64,000 nucleotides of DNA, taken from the NCBI GenBank assembly GCA_964035545.1, contig OZ037771.1, positions 5,055,190 through 5,119,189 on the forward strand, read 5' to 3'. Position numbers and translations under genes: made by a program. The notes under the pieces are model-generated. The model was not told the DNA's origin and made no database searches. It worked only from the letters and a program-made list of their open reading frames with translations. This stretch comes from Bugula neritina. Its lineage: Eukaryota; Animalia; Bryozoa. Positions 47,501 through 60,278 of this stretch are shown here, piece by piece. Position 1 is the first letter of the stretch, and every line of letters begins with the position of its first letter.

Positions 47501-50500
47501 ATGTATATTACAGTCTCTCCCAACTCACACATCTACACACATTAAATGTTTCTGAGAATAAGTTAGGAACATTACCTGAGGTGATACCAAAGATGGAGTC
47601 ACTTACAGAGTTATGTCTATGGGGCTGTGACTTACATACATTACCAGACAGGTGAGTTATAATAGTTACATATGTCTACTATTATATAAACATATGATAG
47701 AGTAGAATAGAAGTGATACTAGTATTTCCAGCATACCAACTCTCCAGTAATAAAGTTGATACAATTCATCAACAAACCTCTCACCTTTTTAGCCTAGACC
47801 ATCCTCATTTCTTGTTGGATTATATTGCATGTTTCAATTTGTCAGATTCTGCATATCCATTATACCATTGATTCTTATGCATTGGAGTTGAAGCTAATAT
47901 CATCATCTTTGCTGCAAACATCGCAATACCACTGCAGACGTTTTCCCTCATGTTTATAGACATTCATTTCACCCCAACCTGTTATCTAATCACATCATTT
48001 TCCTTATGCTCCTCATAAATTATCCTAAAGATGTGTCTCGACATTCTCATTTATGCTGTCACCATTCTGATGGATTATAGTCACAATTTCATTCTATTAA
48101 TATCCAATAATTGTCTTTTTCTTGTTTGGCCAACTTGTATCTAGGTATATATAGGTTCTTATAGGTATATAAGTGTATAGGTTCTTTGCTTCGATCTCTT
48201 GTAGGTATTCATAGACTGTCTCATATGCCTTCTCTTTGGCTGTTGCAATTTTATTTGTCGTCTGTGTTTTCTTCTCTCCGTATACTTTCTCTGTGATCTT
48301 TCCCTTCTCTTCATCGTCACTACACCTAGAGGTTTTCCATCTTTTGAATACTTTTTACTTTCCATTACAAACTACAGGATGTATATTTATATATTTGCCA
48401 CATGTTGAAACTGCCTATTCTCTTTTGGCTATTCTTACTGCACACAATTAACTGGCAATCCATACTTACAAAGCAACAATAAAATACTCACTGGGTGTTT
48501 AACATAGCATTCCTGTAACTTGTATAATTATAGTCATGGTTTGTTGTATGTATATTACAGTCTCTCCCAACTCACACATCTACACACATTAGATGTGTCT
48601 GGTAATAAGTTAGGAACATTACCTGAGGTGATACTAAAGATGGAGTCACTTACAGAGTTATCTCTACTTGGCTGTGACTTACATACATTACCAGACAGGT
48701 GAGATATATTAGTTATATATGTTCTACTATTATGTAAACATATAATAAAGTATAACAGAACAAATACTAGTAGGCTCAGCATACCAACTCTCTAGTGATA
48801 ATATAGATATAATTCTTAAAAGCAAATAATGTACCCAATTCATACTAACAAGGTAATAATAATTTAGATTCACTGCATATCTGCCATATAATATTCCTGT
48901 AACTTGTATAACTATAGTCATGGTATATTGTATGTATATTACAGTCTCTCTCAACTCACACATCTACACACTTTAGATGTGCCTCTTAATAAGTTAGGAA
49001 CATTACCTGAGGTGATACCAAAGATGGAGTCACTTACACAGTTACATCTAAGCAACTGTGACTTGCATACATTACCTGACAGGTGAGATATATTAGTTAT
49101 ATATTGTCTACTATCATGTAAATATATAATAAAGTATAACAGAAGTGATACTAGTAGTCCCAGCATATCAACTCTCCAGTAATAAAGTGAATATAATACC
49201 TAAATACAAATAACTTACCCAATTTATATTACAAGGCAATAATAATTTAGACTCACTGCATATCTACCATATAATATTCCTGTAACTTGTATAATTATAG
49301 TCATGGTATATTGTATGTATATTACAGTCTCTCTCAACTCACACATCTACACACATTAGATGTGTCTCGTAATAAGTTAGGAACATTACCTGAGGTGATA
49401 CCAAAAATGGAGTCACTTACACAGTTAAGTCTAGAGGACTGTCACTTACATACATTACCAGACAGGTGAGTTATATTAGTTATATATGTTCTACTATTAT
49501 GTAAATATATACATGTAAGATATCATATATGATCATCTATTTTATATAAACTATAGAGATTACTAAGTTTGAATAAATCTGATTGCAGCTTGCAATATAT
49601 TATACAGTCACGAGTAAAAGTTTTGACTCCCCCAAATTGTTTACCGGTTTACATCTTTATTTGCAATTTCTGAATATTTGAATATGTATATAATGGAACT
49701 GATTGGCTGAGCTACAACTCTAGATAATTTTCAACTGTATAACACGAGGTTATTGATAGAAAAGTGCTAAAAAGCCCTCTACCATCAATTTTTGCACCGA
49801 AACATATTTATGTGGGATTTGAAATTTTTTCTGTATTTGGTTAGCAAAATTAAAATTGTATAATGAGAGATTTTTGTGCGTGAAAAGTTTTTGCACATAA
49901 CATGTCAGTGTTTCGGTGTGAGTGAGTAACTATTATCACCAATGACTGCCAGGCAGTAGGCTGACATATTCTCCACTAGCACAGCTGACTTTGTGGTTTA
50001 TCTCACATCCTGTACCTGCATTGATGACAGTTCAAGCTAAATTGACCATGTCAGTTGGTTTTATCTCAGCTACTTTTCTTTGTATTGTCTGTAATTTTTT
50101 TTAACCTTTGCATGGGCCACTAAAGTACTTGAACTTTCTCTCTTTTACTAGGAAAGTATGGTAGAAAGTAAATTTTTTATACTTTCTCTAAAGTTGCTTT
50201 TTTCTGCATAATCTCTACAAAGCTGGCAGCATGAATTTATCTTTCAGAAATTTTTATTTTACTAGATATTTCCATAGTAGTAAGTTTCATAAGCCAATTA
50301 TAAGTATGAAATCACCAATGTCATGACATTCCAAAAGTCACTCCCCAGTTTCCTGTAATGCTGCAAAACCAAACCCAATTACTTCTTTCTGCTAGTACTT
50401 TTTAGTTTGATGACTGCTGTCTGCTAAAATTTTGTCTTCTACCACTCAACATAACGGAGTGAAGTTTCAGTTTAGAGAAATAGTAGAATTGCGAGGTATA

Positions 50501-53500
50501 TTATGTCATTACTGCTTACTCAGTCTGTAGTACAGTTTCATTTTAAGTTGCACAATGTTTGTTCCCACGTTGAAACTTTTGTAAATATTTATTCACAATA
50601 CACTATTTTGCCTTGAATGTACAATGGTGTGGAGGCAAAAATTAATCTAAATAGGTGAAAAACACTTGAAAATTTACTTCAGCTTGCGAGCTCCTTAGAG
50701 CAAATGTAGTTTATCTATTTAAAATTATTTAAATATGTTTAGTTAAATTAGTAGACAACATACAAGACCAAATGCAACATTTTGGCATTTCTTTAAATTT
50801 TTTGAAATATCAAGAGATTGAAAGTCCTGTTTAGCCGTATATCAAAGCTGCAAAAAGTACATGGGGGTGTCAAAACTTTTACGTATGGCTGTAATAATTT
50901 TGCAATAATACACTTTGCATATGTTGCAATTGTATTATAGTAGATCCAAAGTTTTGAGATGTAATAAAATTTTCTAGTTATAAATCTATACTCGATGTTT
51001 TCACTGTAATGGCTGTACTGTGAATTCAAACAATCATCATAGTCTATATTTTCAGTTTGGACTGTGTTCTAGTCATTTGCAACAGTTTATCTCCCAGACT
51101 ATGTTAGATGCTTAACTATCATACATTCAATCAAGTTTTACTTTTAGGCATGATACATTTGATATAGAATAATACTAAAGTTATATTATATACTTACTTG
51201 GTAGTGTTGGTCAACTCAAGAATCTCCGATACCTGGACTTGACAAACAACTCTGAGATGACATCTTTAACTCCTCAACTTCTCAACATGCCTAATCTGAC
51301 TAAACTGTACTGCTTCAAGTGTGAATCACTCACATCCCCGCCTTATGCTGTGTGTGTAGACAGACTACCAGCTATCAGACAGTATTATAAAGATCTTAGG
51401 TCTGGTGGTCATGTAAAGGTTTCTGAAGCTACGGTCGCTCTAGTGGGTAGATCGTTATCGGGGAAAACCAGCCTAGCAAAAACGCTGGTGGGATCAGATG
51501 GCAAAAGGGAATTAACCAATAGAGCGGCTGATGCAGTGGAAGATGAAACAACTCGTGTCTTCAATATGGAAAAGTTAGTGGTTGGTGACAATGTTCTTCA
51601 GTTCATAGATTTTGGTGGTAATGAAATCTACCAATTTACCTACCAGTTCACTTTGAAACAGAACTGTATTCCTATTGTGGTTGTGAATCTAAAAGAGTTT
51701 GAACAACTCTATTTCGAGATGAATGGTAATGAAGCAGTTCGATGCACATATTTTGATTGGCTCTCACATCTGTACCTGGCCAATCCTAGACTCAGAGCAC
51801 CCAAACTGGTTTTCACTCACCGAGATGCTTACAGTGCAGATGGATTTGAAGAGCTAAAAAGGCTGTTCTTTTTCCACACCAAAAGTGTATTCAATTTGAT
51901 ACAACTAGAAGAAAATTCTCAAAAGAATTATCTTCGTTCTTTCACAGGAATTTCTCATTTTCAGTGCCAAGAGCTGTTTCAAGAACAAGATATATATGTT
52001 GTGGGTGATGAATATGAAGAGGTGTTTGATCAGCTGAGAAGTCATATCATATCTGACAGTAAACTAGTCGTGAAGAAGGTGCCTACTCTGTGGAGAAAAG
52101 TTGCTCAAACATTCAACTCCTTCCATGGGAGTTACAAGACATTTCCAGAAGTGCTTCAACATGTCATTGAATGCAAGTTGGCAAATGAAGACCAGCTGAG
52201 AGTGATTCTCTCGTACATGCATAACAGCGGCCATCTCATTTGGTACCAGAATAGGGAGAGTTTGCAGTCTCTGGTATTCTATGACATCTCTGTGGTTACA
52301 AAGCTGCTCCACGTATTCTTCACTCACGAGAAGGAAGTGTGGAGCAATCGACGGTCAGCGGTTGAAGCGGATTCACTTGACAATCCGTTGATAGAAAATG
52401 AAACAGAGTTTAACAATTTGGCTCAAGAGTTTGTTCAAACTGGCAGGATGAGCGAGAAGCTGTTTCAGCATCTTCTGATAGCAGAGACCAGCTTCACCAC
52501 GAGTGACAAGATGAAGGTGGCAGTCGCATTGCTACAATCTTTCCAGTTGTTATTCGAGATGAAGGATTCATCCCAGAGACTAAGTTACACTATGCCGTAC
52601 TTCTCACAGGAGTATTTCAGCGACTTGACCGCCTCCAGGAGACAACCTGTAAAACTGTCAGTAGACATGTTGTTTGGTGGCTTGACTCCCCCTCAGTACG
52701 TCTACCACCAGATTTCTGTGAAGCTTCTCAATGATATCCAGGATTGTAGTGAAAAAGCTGTGAGAAAGAATGGAGTGGAGCTGAGAGACGATGCTTACAC
52801 CCTGCAGTTGCTGCATGACTACAAATCTCGTAAACTCACTATATCGGTAACGTCTGCTTGTCGGCAGATAGGCAATGCTTGGAAGATGTTGACCACTTCA
52901 GTTCATTCAACCGTAAAGTACGTCAACTCCACATGGAGAGCAAGTAAAATCACCTTCATCAATTTGTGTGCTCACTGCCCATTAGTTGGAGAAAAGCGAC
53001 CAAAGAGGTTCATCAACCCACCCTGGTGTCGACCTCCAAAGGATGGTGAATCCCTTCCCATGACTTCACATTCATCACCTGGTAGATGTGGAACATACAG
53101 AGATGTCCCAGCTTGTCTCTTACACCCAAGTTAGTATGATTATCTTCTCGTAGGTTATTTATAGGATATTCAAATGATGATGTACTGTCCAAGTAATAGC
53201 AACCTTCATAATTCGCACTTATATTGCAGCTTTCCAGCTTTCTGGAGATGAGCTGCAGAAACTGAGTGACTTTGTGAAGACCAACTTCAAGCCACCAGGT
53301 ATCTTGAGTTAAACTTACTTCTTGTGAACTGATTAAAGATAACTTTCTTCCTTTCTGATTCTCCATCTTTGTTAAATTTACAGTTGAAGTTGTTCCTGCA
53401 GGTTGTTGGTTTCATTACATTTCTGTGAGCTGTTTATGTGATGTTTCCTGTACATGTAGATAATATTGGACACAGTGGAGCTGCTACTCATACTGTTGGT

Positions 53501-56500
53501 ACTGATGATGTACTGAGTGATGTTTCGGATGAAGAAGAAGGTTCTACCTCCACTTCAGAAGATCTTACCAAGTTGACACTAGTTCCTACTACTAATCAGA
53601 GTATCAAGTCTCTCTTCATCAACACTTCAAAGGTTTGTAAGTCATGTTGAATATTCTGTAGCCTTGGCTCTCCTCTCTGCTATCTCTGTATAGCCTTGGC
53701 TCTCCTCTCTATTATCTCTGTATAGCCTTGGCTCTCTTCTCTGTTATCTCTGTATAGCCTTGGCTTTCCTCTCTGTTATCTCCATATAGCCTTGGCTCTC
53801 CTCTCTGTTATCTCCATATAGCCTTGGCTCTCCTCTCTGCTATCTCTGTATAGCATTGGCTCTCCTCTCTGTTATCTTTGTATAGCCTTGGCTCTCCTCT
53901 CTGTTATCTCTGTATAGCCTTGGCTCTCCTCTCTATTGTCTCTGTATAGCCTTGGCTCTTCTTTCCACTCTTATCTGGTCAACTACTTACCAGCTGTCTT
54001 AATTGCAAAAATATGTCACCTTATTTCTAGCACTATATATTAACAACTTTACTGTGATTTTGAAATAACCTTCTTTTAACAGTCTTGTGATTGATTTACC
54101 CCTCATTCACGCTTACTGTACCGTCAGCCATAGCGAAAAATATCAGCCATTTTTAATGTGTCCGGGCTGAAGCTTTCAAAGTTCGCTATTAGGTATGGTT
54201 TATGACACTTCATTGGACAATTATATCCAATGCGTTGACGCAAAAGTTTTTCTGTCCAATAGAAGTGCGCACAAGATTTTTGAATTAAGCAGTGCTTCAT
54301 TGTGATTGATTACGTACCGCAACGCCATACAAGAAATTTAGACATTTGTAAAAATGGCTGATATTTGCTGTTATAGCCTACGGTGCGTTAAGTGTGAATG
54401 ATGGGTTGCTATTCTATGGAACAAACTGCTAGGTTATACTTTATATTTTCCCAGTACTGTTTGGGCTAGCAGAAGCCACACAATATGTCAGAACCCATAT
54501 TAGTCTACTCATGGATGATTTTTAACTCTTCAGTTGCTTATAATATAACATGAGCAGGTCAGTTGTGTTCTATTCAGTATTATATTCTCTATATAGAATA
54601 TACTGAGTAAGTACTAAACTAATTACATAGTCTGTATCTACAGATATACAAGATGACGAGTCCATTCAGAGGAAGAGCTCTGATTATAAACAACAACAAG
54701 TATAGAAATGGAGGAGAGAGACTTGGCTCTAATTATGATGTTGACAACACATTTGCTCTGTTCAGGAAGATGGGATTTGAGGTTGTGAAGCAGAAGGATC
54801 TCACAGCTGAGGTATATTTCTATTTAATTGTAGTTGTCTCCCTCTTTCTATCACGTAGTGTGACTAGTTATTAGTGGTCAATGTTTCACTTCAATGTTAT
54901 AATAGCCTGCAGACTTATCCATTGAATCAGTTAATAAGTTTGGGAAATACAAACTCTTAACTTTTGGGCTAACTTTTGTTTCACGGAGCTAACTTCCTAA
55001 AGGCTAGTATGAGACCTGACAAATATTCTCTCACATTGAGTTTGTATACTGTGTGTGTTGTGTTATATTCATATACAGGGGATACTTCAGTGTATTCAAT
55101 CAGAGACAAGAGATGAGATTCATAACACTTATGGTATGTTCTTCCTGTTTCTGTTTGCACACGGAGCTAATGGAATGATTCATGGAATTGACTCACAGCC
55201 AGTCTATCTAACACAGATCTACAATCTCATTAACTCTACAAATTTTCCCAACATGGCCGGCAAGCCTAAAGTTGTGGTTATTCAGGCGTGCAGAGTTGGT
55301 GAGTGTAGATATGATACGAGTAAGAATATATTATACTATTGTAATACTGTATTATATGATACTCTAGTCTTCATACATATACATAGAATACTGGTTGGTA
55401 TATCACATGTGTTACTAATCAATCAGGTAACTCAGTCAGTCAAACTGAGCAGAATATTCAACAGAGTACCAACTCCTCCTCACCAGAACTTTCTGCTCTC
55501 AGAACTCATCAACAGGAAGCTGAGACTTCAACTGGACAGAGGAACTTTGATGTTGACGACCTTCTAATCCTTCATTCCTGCTTTGAAAGTAAGAATTTTG
55601 TCCACCGATAGAAACGAATATTTTTTGCATTATTTTAAGATTGACATAATTTTGTTGAGAAAATCAACTCAAAATATTATCATCCAAAATTTTCTTACGG
55701 CAAATCTGCTATTCAATTGAAAATTAATAACAAATAGAATAAAAAGTGCAGGTAGCAGCTGTGCTGTGCTGTCTAATCACATGACCTTTCATAAACCTGA
55801 ACTGAGTACATAGACTATTTGTGTGTGAGTTACAGTTATCTAGTTTTCATGTAATCTGTGATACACTAGTCTGTACAGTTTATACTCTGCTGCCCTAAAA
55901 ATGCCCTGCTAAGTTTTTTTCCAGCTGAATGTTTTTAATTTAAAGTGAGACTGTTAAGTTACCAAACAATTCTGTGTGGTTATTCTCTATACACCTAAAT
56001 CATGGGCCACAACTCCCAATCGCCGTCAAGTAGTTGTGAAACCCACCAGTCATGTCACTTTCTCAAGATATACCTTTCGTTGCTGAAACAACACAATTTA
56101 CAAATTTTCAATTTGCAATTCTCATTAGTTTTTACTGGATAGCGTCACTCACTGTTACTATACACTGTATAATATTTACCTTTTAACTCATTGTATTATT
56201 TTAATAGACAGTGCATCTATGAAGTTTGATTACGGTGGGTCATTATTGATAAGAACACTTGTCAGGACTTTACACAGACATGGCTGTCATCGTGATCTTG
56301 CTGACTTATTTGATATTGTGAGTAACTTCCTGTGACATCATTTCCTATTTAGAAGAGGCTGTTTCCATATTAGCCAGTGTGGTGTAGTCACAGTAGTATA
56401 GTTCTAGTGACTAGACATAGTATAGTCATAGTATAATATAGTCATAGTGTAGTGAATTTTGCCAGTTCACTATTATTATTTGTGGGTCTACTTAATCAAA

Positions 56501-57753
56501 GCCACTGCGACAGGTTGTTTACGATAAGATACTTTATTATTTACACAAATACAAGAAGGTTATTTACTGCTAGCATGAATAGAAAACGATTACATAATTA
56601 GTGAGCTTTAATACACAACTGTTCTAAATGAAGTCCCAAGCTGCTCTGCCGGCTAGCTACTCAGCGCACTGCAACTACGAGTAGCTAGCTCCACCTGCTA
56701 TCAATTAGTGTGACTGTCCTGATTGGCTAGCGTTAGTGGTGCCACTGTCGACTGTAAGATATTGTCGGGTAACCGTCTACGCCGAGTCGTCTCTGTCGCT
56801 ACTAATTAACTCCATCACCATAAGCATAACACTAGCATCTGCTACTAAGCAGCCAACTGTCAGTGCAAACCATCTACGCCTCCTACAGTTGTTGATTCCA
56901 TTTAACTAGTCTTGCCTTGTTTAACTGCGTGCATTAGTAGCTAGCAATAATTTTCCAGCAGATTGTACGCATTCCAATTGTCAGCTATTATGATAATTGA
57001 TCTCCAGTACTTATAGCCATTATGCCAAGCGTATAGAGAGTAAGCCACAAAGAGTTATCCTTTCGATAATAACATAATCTGAAATCCATTACAATAGTAT
57101 AATATAGTCATAGCATAATATAGTCATAGTATAATATAGTCATAGTATAATATAGTCATAGTATAATATAGTCATAGTATAGTCATAGTATCATATAGTT
57201 ATAGTCTAATATAGTCATATATAATGTTGTTAGTAAATATGTTTATAGCCACACATTGAATCAGTTGATGTTATTTCAATGTGCTTTTGTTTCTCAGCTT
57301 ATGCCTATTGTACTTAGCTGCTTATCTGTAATAGCAATTTTATAGCTATCCACTTAAGTGTGCTACTTTATGTTTTTTGTTCTTAGTTCACTTGCTTGTA
57401 ATATTCAGTGCAATAAAGAGCTCTGTCAAATTATAACTCTAACATATAATAAAACCATAGCATAATATAGTCATAGCATAACATGGTCATAGTAAAATAA
57501 TCATAGTATGGGCTATAGCTGTAGTGACTAGTCATACATATTTGACATTTGCAAATGTCAGGTAAAATATATAGGGTTCAGCATTTACCTAATTTTAATA
57601 TGTTTGAAGGTAAAGCACAGAGTGAGGAAAATATCTGGTAAAAGGAGAGAAAGAAATCCAACTGTTTACATAACACAGACTCCTGTGGTTATAAATACTC
57701 TCACTGGTAGAAGGAAGATTTACTTGTTTCCTTTATTCTATGGAGAGTGGTAG
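44514..57753 (+). CDS. LRR-Roc-COR-caspase gene, copy 3 (complete model, ~1318 aa, 5 LRR cassettes)
   Basis: Exons 44514-44574, 45234-45468, 47130-47267, 47514-47651, 48561-48698, 48945-49082, 49328-49465, 51205-53129, 53230-53298, 53460-53632, 54644-54811, 55079-55298, 55427-55588, 56208-56317, 57610-57753. Total 3957 nt, in frame. Confidence 0.85.
46241..46510. mobile_element. Short insertion specific to copy 3 (MITE-like fragment)
   Basis: Flanked by direct repeat GCTTAG; absent from copy 2 (~21425); begins CCTAGGGCCACACTG. Confidence 0.45.
47130..49465 (+). CDS. Five 138-bp LRR exon cassettes, copy 3
   Basis: 47130-47267 (HVSRN/ELHLEDC), 47514-47651 (NVSEN/ELCLWGC), 48561-48698 (DVSGN/ELSLLGC), 48945-49082 (DVPLN/QLHLSNC), 49328-49465 (DVSRN/QLSLEDC). 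Basic exon+intron period is 383-384 bp. Confidence 0.9.
49605..50891. mobile_element. Old Tc1/mariner-like element (paralogous copy)
   Basis: TA|CAGTCACGAGTAAAAGTTTTGAC...GTCAAAACTTTTACGTATGGCTG|TA. Confidence 0.72.
51205..53129 (+). CDS. Last LRRs + Roc GTPase + COR exon, copy 3
   Basis: 631-aa ORF with the same G motifs. Confidence 0.92.
53659..53962. repeat. 32-bp intronic minisatellite, copy 3
   Basis: About 9.5 units. Confidence 0.85.
54644..57753 (+). CDS. Caspase p20+p10 exons, copy 3
   Basis: AHG and QACRV intact; p10 has SMKFDYGGS. Confidence 0.9.
56448..57093 (-). mobile_element. Solo LTR inserted in the 16-bp minisatellite of copy 3
   Basis: TGTAGTGAATTT...AAATCCATTACA termini; 4-bp TSD ATAG; AATAAA on minus strand near 56535; absent from copies 1 and 2. 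Confidence 0.75.
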
Positions 57754-58669
57754 ACTGAGCTCTTACATCCCTGTGTTGACATGTAGAGTATGGTACTTCG
57801 CTATTCATATCATATATACACATTACCTATAGATAGCATGTATATACTGACTACAGTATTTAAACCTTACGTGTAGTATTATATTTCACTACATGCTCGA
57901 TACATGTGACACTCACTCTATATACTGCAATGAGGTATATTTTACCTGAAAACTTTGAATACACACATTTACTTCTACTTATATTTTAATGCTTTTGCTA
58001 TACCATGTATATATGCTCTGCATATAGCTCATGCACTTAGTCTAGTGATATATGATTTTGTATGTATACACCATTACTATATGTTTGCTAAAATTATTTA
58101 CTCATATTTACTATAAAATATATTTACACAATAAATATGCTGCATTTTATAATTGAATGTTTTGTGTATTTCAAAGGCAAGTTTACAAATCCTCTGGCAC
58201 TAAGCAAAACAAAAAAAGTAATTTATATTAGAGTTTAGACAAACAAATAATTAAGACAGGGAACTTAATACTAGCTTGTGTAGTGTTTAAATTATTTTGT
58301 TTAAAAAATCTTTAAGAATTTATTTCTGAGCTCTTTGGTAGTTCACCTTCCAGGAACTCAGAAGTGTTTCAACACATTTCAGAGTAATTACTAGAACCAG
58401 AGTATAATTTTATAAACATATTGTAGTGGTACTAGTTATACACGTGCACTTAAGCCAATCACATAGAAGCACGTGATTTCCCCCCCCCCCCCCAACCAGA
58501 ATGCTTCTGGACAGTTTTATATAGTTGACAGTTGAGAGTAGTATGTGAAGATAGATAGTAGACTTGTGAATGTGTTATAGAATTTAAATGTATTTTGTTA
58601 TTACTTATATATATTTTGGCTTAAATACAGACTTTATCCCGTATTATCTGTGAAGTGCTTGGAGCTATA

Positions 58670-59880
58670 GAACAGTTCTACTAAATATATTCATAGCAAA
58701 TCCAACCACCCACCAAGCATAATCTCCAACCTACCCTTGTCTGTTAACAAATGACTGTCGTCAATATCATCTAATGAAAAAATTTTCACACAATCCACCT
58801 ACAACCACCAAAACCTCTTAAACCAAAGTGGCTATAAACACCAACTACAATTCCTACCAAGAACACAAACAGACAACACACAACAGAAATCCCGAAAAAG
58901 AAAAGTTGTTTGGTACAATCCACCATACAGCCAACATGTAACCACAAAAATTGCAAAAAACTTCTTTAAAATCATGATAGAGGAATTTCCGAAACAACAC
59001 CCACTCTATAAAATAATCAACAAAAACAATATAAAAGTTAGCTACAGCTGCATGCCAAACATAAAACAGACCATAAATGCCCACAATAACAGAATTTTAG
59101 AGAAACAGAAGCAACAAAAAACTGCAACTGCAGAGAAAAAGAAAGTTGTCCACTGAAAGGAAACTGTCAGGAGAGCAGAGTAATATACCAAGCAACTGTA
59201 GAAACCGCCGAAAACGAACCTGCAACATACATTGGCCTAAGTGAAGGACCGTTTGAACAAAGATACGCAAACCACAAATCATCATTCAAAAACAAGGAAA
59301 AAGCAAATCAAACAGAACTTAGCAAATACATTTGGCAACTAACTAGCAAAAACATCAAACATAATTTAAGTTGGAAAATATTAAGGAAAGCGAAACCATA
59401 CAACACAATTACCAAAAGGTGTAATTTATGCCTATGGGAAAGTTTCTTTATTTTATACAAACCCAACATGTTTATTTTAATTAAGCAAAACGAACTTTTA
59501 TCAACCTGCCGACACTCAAAAAAATTCTTACTGTGCAACCACAAAACCTAGAAACTCTGTAGCCTATTTTCATTTTATGTACTATAGTAAATAATATCCA
59601 AATACCTATACAGTATAATCACCCAACAACAACTTCATGCATCTGCTATAAATTGTGTTTTTACATTGTGTGTTTATTTTATATTATATTTAATTACACT
59701 TACAAACCTATATAACAACAAAGCCACTGCTATGTTTGCGTTACGTTCTACGTTATGTTTAGCATGTTGATTTTCTTAATGTAAAAATTTAAATTCACCA
59801 ATATTGTGCCTGAGGAGTGCGGAAGAGGCATGAAATTATTAGTAGCGCAATAAAACATCTAACTAAATTGCTTTTTTCTT

Positions 59881-59885
<5 letters not shown>
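58670..59885 (+). mobile_element. 5'-truncated, degenerate Penelope-like retroelement (Naiad-like), RT thumb + GIY-YIG endonuclease
   Basis: SNHPPSI, WYNPPYS, VSYSCMPN, CNC..CPLKGNC, VIYQA..YIGLSE, RYANH, ELSKYIW, CNLC, CRH; stops and frameshifts present; followed by a hammerhead motif and (TA)n. Confidence 0.88.
59802..59852 (+). ncRNA. Minimal type I hammerhead ribozyme
   Basis: Stem I TATTGTGC/GCGCAATA; core CTGAGGA; stem II GTGC-GGAAGAG-GCAT; GAAA; very short stem III; GTA cleavage triplet at 59842-59844. Confidence 0.7.
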
Positions 59886-59965
<80 letters not shown>

Positions 59966-59989
59966 GTTTACATATATATATTATATACG

Positions 59990-60064
<75 letters not shown>

Positions 60065-60093
60065 ATATATATGTATGTATATATATATGTATG

Positions 60094-60125
<32 letters not shown>

Positions 60126-60193
60126 CGTATATAATATATATAAAAACGTATATATATATATATACAAAGGTTTACATATATATATTATATACG

Positions 60194-60274
<81 letters not shown>

Positions 60275-60278
60275 GTAT
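59885..60278. repeat. (TA)n microsatellite
   Basis: Directly visible. Confidence 0.97.

Larger units (their letters stand above)
9233..58420 (+). repeat. Tandem segmental duplication (three units) carrying the Roco-caspase genes
   Basis: Exons, introns and intergenic DNA recur at offsets 18755 (9435 to 28190) and 23015 (28190 to 51205). Homology stops at ...TTTTATAAACATA (58420). Confidence 0.92.

Noticed and set aside
47130-49465. Diversity-generating retroelement or RAG-like somatic mechanism for LRR variation
   Set aside because: Substitutions are not adenine-specific, there is no template repeat or dedicated RT, and no recombination signal sequences are seen; the nearby RTs belong to ordinary transposons.
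9233-58420. The three copies as an assembly artefact
   Set aside because: Copies differ by many substitutions, cassette number and copy-specific TE insertions with clean empty sites; a haplotype-merging error cannot be fully excluded without reads.
58422-58670. LTR-like fragment at the end of the duplicated region
   Set aside because: Starts with TGT and has CCAAT/TATA-like motifs, but no right end or TSD can be identified because the Penelope-like element follows.
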